Positions 1-7,628 of a stretch of 64,000 bases of DNA are shown in pieces. Made by a program: the position numbers and the translations under genes. The stretch is taken from positions 1 through 64,000 of the forward strand of contig JBBRPR010000021.1 in assembly GCA_038227875.1 (NCBI GenBank). The letters run 5' to 3'. The first letter of the stretch is position 1; every line of letters starts with the position of its first letter. This DNA comes from Planctomycetota bacterium. GTDB taxonomy: Bacteria; Planctomycetota; SZUA-567; H5-PLA8. The notes beneath the pieces are model-generated. The model had not been told where the DNA came from. It saw only the letters and a program-made list of their open reading frames with translations, and did not search any database.

Positions 1-265
1 ACCATTTTTTTGTGAGCAGATCCTTCAGCGCATCGTTGTCCAGCATCTGCTGCGCCACGATCTTTTTCAGCCGCGCGTTCTCGCTCTCCAGCTCTCGCAA
101 CCGCCGCGCATCTGAGACGTCCATCCCGCCGAACTTCTTTCGCCAGATGTAAATCGTCGCTTCAGACGTGCCGTGCTTGCGCGCCGTCTCTGCAATCGAT
201 GCGCCCGCTTCGATCTCTTTCAGAATACCAATGATCTGTTCCGTGCTATACCGTTTGCCCTTCAT
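1..265 (-). CDS. IS3-family transposase OrfA (88 aa; stop codon at the window edge)
   Basis: Own translation: MKGKRYSTEQIIGILKEIEAGASIAETARKHGTSEATIYIWRKKFGGMDVSDARRLRELESENARLKKIVAQQMLDNDALKDLLTKKW (HTH plus leucine zipper); GGAGG SD upstream. Confidence 0.92.
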   Translation of the reverse strand, partial: MKGKRYSTEQIIGILKEIEAGASIAETARKHGTSEATIYIWRKKFGGMDVSDARRLRELESENARLKKIVAQQMLDNDALKDLLTKKW

Positions 266-337
266 GGCTGATCCCTCCATCAAAAATGTACAGGGATCCT
301 CTATTTCAGGCTGGCTCAAATTTCCGGGGGCAGGTCA
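1..337 (-). mobile_element. IS3-family insertion sequence (IS407-like), left end; remainder lies outside the window
   Basis: Minus strand begins TGACCTGCCCCCGG at 337 (TG-starting terminal IR typical of IS3), followed by an OrfA-like gene ending in an A7 run at 5-11. Confidence 0.9.
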
Positions 338-369
338 AGGGCACTCGATTTCGCGCGCGGCCACGGGTC

Positions 370-453
370 GACCTTCCAGGTCTCAGGAGAGATAATGCCA
401 CACCCACCAAGGGCTGCCGCCCTTGGCTATTGGCGGTCGGCCTTTCAGGCCGA
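370..453. repeat. Three-hairpin palindromic element, copy 1
   Basis: GACCT-tcc-AGGTC (370-382), CCAAGGGC-tgcc-GCCCTTGG (407-426), TCGGCCT-ttc-AGGCCGA (437-453). Confidence 0.65.
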
Positions 454-454
454 G

Positions 455-580
455 CAGCGGCAGAACGTCTCTCGCGATCAAATACCATTCGAACCAGCAA
501 CCGCTGTCCGCGAGTTCGCACTGGTGGCTTACGGCCGCCACCAGTGGCACACGATGACGGCATCAATTGCAATCGCGACG
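455..580. repeat. ~125-bp direct repeat with REP-like hairpin, copy 1
   Basis: Core GCGAGTTCGCACTGGTGG-loop-CCACCAGTGGCACAC...AATTGCAA shared with 1585-1711 and 2294-2415. Confidence 0.9.
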
Positions 581-624
581 CACGCAGAATGTTCGATACG
601 CCGTCGTCAGTCAGTATCAAGTAC

Positions 625-1149
625 TCAATGGATCGTTTGCGCGTCTTGCTGCACCCGAGGAACGGCCAGCGCAATAATTTCAGCCCGGGTATATCTAATA
701 TCAGGTTCCTTTGTAATAATTCCCGCCAATGATTGAATGTGTCCTTTTGAGAATTTAGATAGGTCATAGGCTATTGGAAAGATATCGTCCAACTTGATCT
801 CAAGAAATTTCGACAATTGCTCCGGACCACGTTTCTTGTAGTCAAAATCATGATAGCGGGCCAAGTGAAACCAACGCTTTCGCTTTAAGAATGAGATTCC
901 GAGAAAATGTTTAGTCAATTCCGGATTACTAACATCTATGTTAGAGATTGTCGCCAAGACCTTTGTGCCGTTTGCAAGTTTGACCTGTAAGGCCACAATT
1001 TTCCCGCTCAAATTTTCTACCGGAATCCTCTTAACAGGCCGCACAATCAATTCGCCAGACTTATCGCTATTTGTGTAGGTCCAGACCGGAAACGTTTCGA
1101 GGTCGGATTTACAAAGCTTGTCGACGGATATTGAGTTGTCTTTAGACAT
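625..1149 (-). CDS. Hypothetical protein, AT-rich cassette-like gene
   Basis: ORF 625-1161 with likely ATG at 1149 (MSKDNSISV...); globular composition; much lower GC than the core genes. Confidence 0.75.
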   Translation of the reverse strand: MSKDNSISVDKLCKSDLETFPVWTYTNSDKSGELIVRPVKRIPVENLSGKIVALQVKLANGTKVLATISNIDVSNPELTKHFLGISFLKRKRWFHLARYHDFDYKKRGPEQLSKFLEIKLDDIFPIAYDLSKFSKGHIQSLAGIITKEPDIRYTRAEIIALAVPRVQQDAQTIH

Positions 1150-1298
1150 TTTAGGTTCCAATCATTTCCTAATTTGAGCAGGTAATCTTGTCCTTTAAAA
1201 TCGTAAACAAACCAGTCTAATTTCAGTGATGCGGGCGTGGGTGCGCGGCCAAATGGAATTGTTTGTCCGCCGCCGTGAGGCGCGCAGGGCATGATGCC

Positions 1299-1398
1299 GC
1301 AACCCCTACAGGGTTGCTCCGCGCGGGTGGTGGACGTTTTCCCAGGGTAGCGCTGCGGCGCAACCCTGGGCTTGGTAGCCGTTAGCCCGTTGGGCTAA
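1299..1398. repeat. Three-hairpin palindromic element, copy 2
   Basis: GCAACCC-ctaca-GGGTTGC (1299-1317), CCCAGGGTAGCGC-tgcg-GCGCAACCCTGGG (1341-1370), TTAGCCC-gtt-GGGCTAA (1382-1398). Confidence 0.7.
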
Positions 1399-1584
1399 GG
1401 GAACTGCGCTGCGCTCGGCACGGCACCCGTCAACAGCATGACGGTTCCGCTCGAACATCGCTCGCACATCGCGACGCGCCATTGCAACTGCGGGAAAGAC
1501 CGGCTGAAGCCGGCTGCCGGTAACTGCATCAACAGTCTCCACCGCCTGAACACTGAAGGCGGTGGCAAGCAACGGCATGGACGG

Positions 1585-1711
1585 CGGCGGCAGGACCGCT
1601 CACGAATTCAACCACCTCACGAACCAGCGGCCTCTGTTTGCGAGTTCGCACTGGTGGCTAACGGCGGCCACCAGTGGCACACAACAACGGGCCTTAATTG
1701 CAAACGCGACG
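1585..1711. repeat. ~125-bp direct repeat with REP-like hairpin, copy 2
   Basis: GCGAGTTCGCACTGGTGGCTAACGGCGGCCACCAGTGGCACACAACAACGGGCCTTAATTGCAAACG. Confidence 0.9.
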
Positions 1712-1719
1712 GCGTCTCG

Positions 1720-1750
1720 GCAGGGGTCTCAACGGCGAGACCCGTGGCAC
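1720..1750. repeat. Variant REP-like hairpin
   Basis: GCA-G-GGGTCTC-aacggc-GAGACCC-GTGGCAC: same flanks and loop as the main repeat, different stem. Confidence 0.6.
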
Positions 1751-1859
1751 CCTCTCTTAAGCGCAAGCTGCTTGGATGATAGATTTCGATAGGGACACTT
1801 GCCACCCGTTGGGTGCTCAACCTGTTGATTAAGTCACTGTTCGTGATATTTAAAATGCC

Positions 1860-2285
1860 ATGCCTCAGCATTGCAATCAGGAATGCACTCTCGCCACCTT
1901 TCGCCCTTGTGAACTCCATAGTGTGCGGTGGTTGGATTGGGAGGAGGATTTCGTTGCGGTAAACAAGTTCTGGTTTCAGCCACTGTCGATAGAAGAATGG
2001 TTAAGTTTCAGGGATATGCAGTACCGCTACTGTGCAGTAATTGAAAGTGCCAGCATTTGTTCGATCGCAGCACTTTGGCGCTATTCTGACAGCGCTTGGG
2101 AAGTCGCTGCTGTAAAAACCAGCCCTGAACATCAACGTCGCGGATTAGGCAAATCCGTCGTCTCATTTGTAACGCGTGCCATTCTCGCAGAAGGCCGACT
2201 GGCCACATGCCTGACGGCCTCAGAGAATCTGCCGATGCAAAAAACCGCGCAGAGTGTTGGTTTCTATCACGCTCCGCGTCGGTAG
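1860..2285 (+). CDS. GNAT-family N-acetyltransferase (start uncertain)
   Basis: Acetyl-CoA motif VKTSPEHQRRGLGKSV and C-terminal NLPMQKTAQSVGF. Confidence 0.8.
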   Translation: MPQHCNQECTLATFRPCELHSVRWLDWEEDFVAVNKFWFQPLSIEEWLSFRDMQYRYCAVIESASICSIAALWRYSDSAWEVAAVKTSPEHQRRGLGKSVVSFVTRAILAEGRLATCLTASENLPMQKTAQSVGFYHAPRR

Positions 2286-2293
2286 TGGTTGGG

Positions 2294-2415
2294 CAGCCGC
2301 GGGACCGGTGACGAATTCGTACGCTTCACGCACCTGCGGCATCTCTTTGCGAGTTCGCACTGGTGGTTAACGGCTCCACCAGTGGCACACAGCAACGGAC
2401 TTAATTGCAAACGTA
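2294..2415. repeat. ~125-bp direct repeat with REP-like hairpin, copy 3
   Basis: GCGAGTTCGCACTGGTGGTTAACGGCTCCACCAGTGGCACACAGCAACGGACTTAATTGCAAACG. Confidence 0.9.
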
Positions 2416-2548
2416 GCGCACGCGAGGTCAGTCGCCGCGCACAGGCTTTGAAAAAGATGGGCGCAGGGCTGTGACTCTCGATTTTCGCGCGATCGGATTC
2501 GGGGTTTTCAACCGAGTGGACGTGCGTCAATCCAGTGGGGTGCGCTGA

Positions 2549-2587
2549 GCAAGGAGCAAGCTTACGGCCGCTTGCCCCTTGACACAC
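2549..2587. repeat. Variant REP-like hairpin
   Basis: CAAGGAGCAAGC-ttacggcc-GCTTGCCCCTTG-ACACAC; GCTTACGGCCGC identical to the copy-1 loop region. Confidence 0.6.
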
Positions 2588-2612
2588 AGATACGCGCTTC
2601 GCTCATCGATCT

Positions 2613-3416
2613 TCAGATCGACACTCTCGGCGCCAGGCCGGCGGCGCTGGCGCGGTCTAAGAGGGTCCGGACGGCGCGGAAATCTTCGGGGGTCATCTGG
2701 CGGGTGGAGGCGTTGACGTAGAGGGCGATGTGGGCGTCCGCTACCTTCGGGTCCATCTCTTGCGCCATTTTTTGGACGTAGGCGCGGGAGGCTTCGGGGT
2801 TGGCCCAGGCGTACGTGACGGAATTTTGGATCGCGGCGATGATTGGTTCGGGCGGAATGTCGCGGCGGCAGATGATGGCTCCCAAGGGGATCGCGGCGCC
2901 GGTTTCTTTTTCCCACCAGTCGCCGAGGTCGACGAGGTTGGTCAGGGCGTGACTTTGATACGTGAAGCGGGCTTCGTGGATGACCAGGCCGGCGTCGTAT
3001 TTTCCGGCGGCGACGGCGGGCATGATTTCGGGGAACGGGAGCACGTCGACTTTTCCCAGCTTCACACCGCTGGCGTAGAGGCGGAAGAGCAGGTACGCAG
3101 TCGTGCGCTCGCCGGGGACGGCGACGCGCGCGCCGGTGAGATCGGTGCGGCCTTTGGTGAGGACGAGCGGGCCGCAGCCTCGGCCGAGAGCTCCGCCGCA
3201 CGGCAGCAGCGCGTAGCGGTCGAGCAGCCAGGGCAGCGCGGCGTAAGAGACTTTGACCACGTCGAGGTCGTTGGCCACGGCCAGCGCGTTGGCTTCGTCG
3301 ACGTCGGCGTAGCGGAGTTCGACTTCGGGCGCGCCGGGGATCAGGCCGTGCGTCCACGCGTGAAAGACGAAGGTGTCGTTCGGGCAGGTGGAGTGGAGAA
3401 GTCGGAGCTTTTTCAT
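2613..3416 (-). CDS. mqnD: 1,4-dihydroxy-6-naphthoate synthase (futalosine pathway)
   Basis: TCPNDTF, GGALGRGCGPLV, GLVIHEARFTY, IPLGAI, HIALYVN motifs. Confidence 0.93.
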   Translation of the reverse strand: MKKLRLLHSTCPNDTFVFHAWTHGLIPGAPEVELRYADVDEANALAVANDLDVVKVSYAALPWLLDRYALLPCGGALGRGCGPLVLTKGRTDLTGARVAVPGERTTAYLLFRLYASGVKLGKVDVLPFPEIMPAVAAGKYDAGLVIHEARFTYQSHALTNLVDLGDWWEKETGAAIPLGAIICRRDIPPEPIIAAIQNSVTYAWANPEASRAYVQKMAQEMDPKVADAHIALYVNASTRQMTPEDFRAVRTLLDRASAAGLAPRVSI

Positions 3417-3417
3417 G

Positions 3418-4119
3418 TCAGCACGCTTCCATTGCAGTCGCCAGCGACTTCAGCGCGCCGGGGATGTCCCAGGCGGCGACGTTGCGGTCGCCGACAGCGT
3501 TGCTGATGGCGCGGATCTCGATGAACTTCAGGACTGAGGTCTGAGGACTGGGGACTGAGAATTTGCTCGCGGCGGCGGCTACGCCGGCGCCTTCCATGGC
3601 TTCGGCGACGGGTTTGTATTTGGCGTAGAGTTCGGCGGCTCGGGCGGCGGTGCCGGTGGCGGCGGCGACGGTCAGGATGGGGCCGGTGTGGACGCGGAGG
3701 CCGGTGGCTTGGATGCGCTTCGCATACGCGGCGACGGTTTCGGCGTGGCATTCGGTGACGGAGCCGGGCCAGCCTAGCGATTGGGCGTCGAGGAATTTTT
3801 CGGGGGAGTGCGCGCCGAGGTCGGCGAAGACGGTGCGGGTGGCGACGACAATGTCGCCGAGCTTCGCGCCGGAGGCTTCGAACGCGCCGGCGATTCCGGC
3901 GCTGATCACGACTTCGAGATTGGGGTTGGCGCTGAGCGCGGCGGCGGTGGCGGCGGCGGATTCGGCGGGGCCGATGCCGCCGACGACGACATAGGCGCTA
4001 CGGTCGGCGAACCACTGCGCGACGTACGGGCCCAGGCGCATGGGGACGTGGAGGCCGAGCTTCGGGCGGAGGGCGGCGAGTTCGGCGTCGACGGCGACGA
4101 TGATTAAGGTTTGGGGCAT
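3418..4119 (-). CDS. mqnB: Futalosine hydrolase (PNP/UDP family)
   Basis: VGGIGPAESAAA, ISAGIAG, AEAMEGAGVA, EIRAISNAVGDRN..WDI; adjacent to mqnD; ATG at 4119. Confidence 0.88.
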   Translation of the reverse strand: MPQTLIIVAVDAELAALRPKLGLHVPMRLGPYVAQWFADRSAYVVVGGIGPAESAAATAAALSANPNLEVVISAGIAGAFEASGAKLGDIVVATRTVFADLGAHSPEKFLDAQSLGWPGSVTECHAETVAAYAKRIQATGLRVHTGPILTVAAATGTAARAAELYAKYKPVAEAMEGAGVAAAASKFSVPSPQTSVLKFIEIRAISNAVGDRNVAAWDIPGALKSLATAMEAC

Positions 4120-4128
4120 GGCGGGCCT

Positions 4129-4252
4129 TTTGTAGTCCGGGCGTCTCGCCCGGAGGAACGTTAGTTTTGCTTCGCGGGTTGGTTTGTCCAACGAACGAAT
4201 CGGGCTTTCCGCATTTTATTTTTCACTCCGGGCGAGACGCCCGGACTACAAA
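4129..4252. repeat. Inverted REP doublet (REPIN-like)
   Basis: Perfect 27-bp IR TTTGTAGTCCGGGCGTCTCGCCCGGAG (4129-4155) / 4226-4252, 70-bp spacer; each arm is GTAG plus a palindrome. Confidence 0.8.
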
Positions 4253-4442
4253 GGGCGCTTCGCCGATTGGTATGGCTAACTGATTGTTGCCTGGACTATG
4301 GACGGTGCCGCAAACGTCGTTGCATCTACTCGTTAATCCCTTAAAAAGCCAGAGGTTAAATCGTCGAAAAGACTGAGAGTCCAGCGCCCGTTTGGCGTCT
4401 GGATGGTAGTTTGGGTAACACATACCGGGAGTGCGGTTTCGC

Positions 4443-5231
4443 ATGCATGTTGTAGTGCGCGTATTGGGGTCGTTGGGACGACGGGGGGCGAAGTGGGCCG
4501 AGGAACTCGGCTACATGGGCTTCCTGGCCAAAGACACGGCCAAATTCATCCCCAAAATCCGCCCGGAACCGGTTGCGGTTCAGATGATCCGCTTTGGCGT
4601 GCGCGCGATTCCGATCGTGTGCATGGTCAACCTGTTCGTCGGGATGATTCTAGCCGTCGCGATGTCGGAGATGCTGATCCAGCTCAACGCGGTCAGCCAT
4701 ACGGCTCAGATTGTGGCGGTGGCCGTGACGCGCGAGCTGGCGCCGCTGATGACGGGGCTGGTGATGGCCGGCTTTGCGGGCGCGGCGATCGCGGCTGAAA
4801 TTTCGACGATGAACGTGAACGAGGAAATCCTGGCGCTGGAAGCGGGGGCTCTCTCCCCCATCCGCTTTCTGGTGCTGCCGCGCATGATCGGCGTCATGAC
4901 GATGATGATGTGCCTGACGCTGATCGCCGACATCATGGGCATGTTCGGCGGGTACATCGTCGGCGTGTGCATGCTCAACATTCCGCCGCTGAATTACATC
5001 GAGATCAACAACAACTCGGTGAAGTGGCCGGACATTCCGCTGGGGCTGCTGAAGGCGGCGACGTTCGGGCTGATCCTGACGCTGGTGGCTTGCCGGCAGG
5101 GATTGAAAGCGGACGGCGGCGCGCTGGGCGTGGGCAAAGCGACGACGACGTCGGTAGTTCATTCGATGGTGATCATCATCGCGACCGAACTGGTCTTCGC
5201 GATTCTCTTCTACTGGACTCTGTCGAGCTGA
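4443..5231 (+). CDS. MlaE-family ABC permease
   Basis: VTRELAPLMTGLVMAG..GAAIAAEISTM.V.EEI.ALE, FLVLPR, GGALGVGKATTTSVV; start 4431 or 4443. Confidence 0.92.
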   Translation: MHVVVRVLGSLGRRGAKWAEELGYMGFLAKDTAKFIPKIRPEPVAVQMIRFGVRAIPIVCMVNLFVGMILAVAMSEMLIQLNAVSHTAQIVAVAVTRELAPLMTGLVMAGFAGAAIAAEISTMNVNEEILALEAGALSPIRFLVLPRMIGVMTMMMCLTLIADIMGMFGGYIVGVCMLNIPPLNYIEINNNSVKWPDIPLGLLKAATFGLILTLVACRQGLKADGGALGVGKATTTSVVHSMVIIIATELVFAILFYWTLSS

Positions 5232-5233
5232 CC

Positions 5234-6130
5234 ATGAGCGAAGCCGGACACACAGTCGTGATGAAAGCGGTGGCCGATCCGACGGTGCTGCCGGTGATTG
5301 AGATCACGGATCTGGTCAAGGAGTTCAACGGCCGCCGGGTGCTCGATGGCATCAACCTGAAAGTTCGGCGCGGCGAGACGCTGGTGATCATGGGCGCGTC
5401 GGGTTGCGGCAAGTCGACGCTGCTGCGCTGCCTGATTGGCGCGCACAAAGCCAGCGAAGGCTCGGTGAAGCTGTTCGGCAAGGACATCCTGCGCATCACG
5501 CCCAAAGAGTTGGACGCGGTGCGGCGGCGCTTCGGGATTCTGTTTCAGTCCGGCGCGCTGTTCAGTTCGATGACCGTCGGCGAAAACGTGGCGCTGCCGC
5601 TGAAGGAACACACGGACCTCAGCGCTGAAATGATCGACCTGATGGTGAAAGTGAAGCTCGAACTGGTCGGGCTGCGCGAAGCGGAAGGGCAGCTTCCGTC
5701 GCAGATTTCCGGCGGCATGGCCAAGCGCGCGGGACTGGCGCGGGCGATCGCGCTGGATCCCGAGCTGCTCTTTTACGACGAACCGACCTCGGGGCTCGAC
5801 CCGATCATGACGGGAATCATCGACGGGCTGATCGTCGACTTGAGCCGCACGATGAACGTGACGTCGGTGGTGGTGACGCACGATCTGCGCAGCGCGTTCC
5901 GCGTCGCCGACCGCATGGTGGTGTTGAACAACGGCCGGGTCGTGGCAGAGGGCATGCCGCACGAGATCAAGATGCATCAGGACCCGTTCGTGCGGAAGTT
6001 CATTCAAGGCCCGGTGGAAGCGAAGACGGCCGTCTTTCACCGCGGCGCGATGGAACGGCCCGCACTGCCGGGCGGCGTGGAAGTCAGCCGCACGGGATTC
6101 GGGTTGCCCGGCGACGACATCGTCACCTGA
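5234..6130 (+). CDS. MlaF/Mkl-family ABC ATP-binding protein
   Basis: Walker A GASGCGKS, FQSGALF, ISGGMAKR, YDEPTSGLDP, VTHD. Confidence 0.93.
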   Translation: MSEAGHTVVMKAVADPTVLPVIEITDLVKEFNGRRVLDGINLKVRRGETLVIMGASGCGKSTLLRCLIGAHKASEGSVKLFGKDILRITPKELDAVRRRFGILFQSGALFSSMTVGENVALPLKEHTDLSAEMIDLMVKVKLELVGLREAEGQLPSQISGGMAKRAGLARAIALDPELLFYDEPTSGLDPIMTGIIDGLIVDLSRTMNVTSVVVTHDLRSAFRVADRMVVLNNGRVVAEGMPHEIKMHQDPFVRKFIQGPVEAKTAVFHRGAMERPALPGGVEVSRTGFGLPGDDIVT

Positions 6131-6164
6131 TCACTAGCGTGAACTTTTTCCACAGGAACCGCCT

Positions 6165-7628
6165 TTGCCTGTAGCTGAACGCAAACCCATACCGCGCATT
6201 TCGAATGCCGAGGTCCAGGCCGGGATCTTCCTGACCTTCTGCCTCGCGCTGTTCGTGGTGATGCTTTTGGTGCTGGGAAAGTTCGGGCATTCGCTGCGCG
6301 GGCGACAGGTGATCGACGTCGCGTTTGCGCAAGCCAATTCACTGCGGCCGGAAGCGCCGGTCTTGTACAACGGGCTGAGCATCGGTTACGTGCAGAAGAT
6401 CAGCATCGTGCGCGTCGACGACGCGATGCTCGCGCGGATGCTGCCGATCACGCGGCGCGATGTGCCCAACCTGCCGCTGAGCGACACCGACCGGACGGAC
6501 ATGGCCTCGATTCCGGAGGATCAGCTCGACGCCAAAGCGCGAACGATGATCAAGAACCGGACGATGGTGGTCTTAAGCTTGAGCCTGCTGAGCGAAAGCG
6601 ACACGCAGCGTTTTCGCATGGACGACGAGTACCGCATCGACGGCAGCATGATGGGCGACAGCTCAGTGGAGATCCGCACCGGGACCGGAAAGCCTGTGCC
6701 GCCGAATTTCAAGAACGTGCTGATGGGCGTCGGCGGCGACATGTACACGGACCTGGGGAAGAGCCTGGCGCAGGTGAAGGACATCCTCGCGTCGATGGCC
6801 GAGATGGCCGGCGGCGACGCGACCAAGCGGAGCATCCAGGGGCAGCTGAATAATTTCGATCTCTTCACGCAGAACATGGACGAAATGTCCGAGACGATGA
6901 TCAAGAAGCTGCCGGCGAACTGGGATTCGGTCGACACGCGGCTGGTCGCGACGAAGTTCTCCGTGCAGGAAGTGGAGACGCAGGTCGCGAAGCTCAAGCC
7001 GAAGATGGAGGACAGTCTCGGCCGCGCGGAAAAGGCGATCGCCGATCTGCGCCAGAACGCCGTGGCCTCGCTGAAAGAAGGGCAGGAGCGGATCGCCGAT
7101 TACCGCAAGAGCGCGATGGCGAACCTGAAGGAATTGAAAGCGTCGGCGGCGGAGTACAAGGAATTCATTCCCGAACAGATCCACGACGCACGGGAATGGT
7201 CGGAACGTTTCGCACCGACGGTCGACAAGATTGATAATTTCTGCTCGCGCGCCGACGATCAGCTCGACAAAGGCATCGACAGTCTGCGCACGACGCTGCG
7301 CGATTACGGCATGTCGGCTCAGGAGATCGAGGGGACGCTCTTCAAGGTCAAGACGTGGCCGTGGAGCTTCAGCTATAAGCCTGAAACCGACGAGAAGGCG
7401 CAGCAGTTGAACGATCAGTGGCTGCACGAGCTGGCGCGGCGGCACTACCGCGAGCTACGCAAAGAACTGGAAGCGGTGCGCAAAAGCCTGAGCGCGTCGG
7501 GTTCGACGGACCAGTCGCGCCTGAGCCACATCGATCAGATCCTGCGCGAATCGGACGCGGAATTCGCGCCCTTGCCCACGCAGCACGAAGAGACGACGCC
7601 ACCTCCCCCATCCGGGAGGAAGAAGTGA
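6165..7628 (+). CDS. MCE/MlaD-family protein 1 with long helical region
   Basis: N-terminal TM, LRPEAPVLYNGLSIGYVQKI, MMGDSSVEI, coiled-coil-like tail. Confidence 0.85.
   Translation: MPVAERKPIPRISNAEVQAGIFLTFCLALFVVMLLVLGKFGHSLRGRQVIDVAFAQANSLRPEAPVLYNGLSIGYVQKISIVRVDDAMLARMLPITRRDVPNLPLSDTDRTDMASIPEDQLDAKARTMIKNRTMVVLSLSLLSESDTQRFRMDDEYRIDGSMMGDSSVEIRTGTGKPVPPNFKNVLMGVGGDMYTDLGKSLAQVKDILASMAEMAGGDATKRSIQGQLNNFDLFTQNMDEMSETMIKKLPANWDSVDTRLVATKFSVQEVETQVAKLKPKMEDSLGRAEKAIADLRQNAVASLKEGQERIADYRKSAMANLKELKASAAEYKEFIPEQIHDAREWSERFAPTVDKIDNFCSRADDQLDKGIDSLRTTLRDYGMSAQEIEGTLFKVKTWPWSFSYKPETDEKAQQLNDQWLHELARRHYRELRKELEAVRKSLSASGSTDQSRLSHIDQILRESDAEFAPLPTQHEETTPPPPSGRKK

Noticed and set aside
455..2415. 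CRISPR array
   Set aside because: Units are ~125 bp, degenerate and 0.7-1.1 kb apart; no cas genes.
455..2415. Integron attC cassette array
   Set aside because: No RYYYAAC...GTTRRRY ends, the genes are in opposite orientations, and no IntI in the window.
168..2587. Short ORFs overlapping the IS end and hairpin repeats
   Set aside because: Their mutual similarity comes from the DNA repeat, in inconsistent frames.
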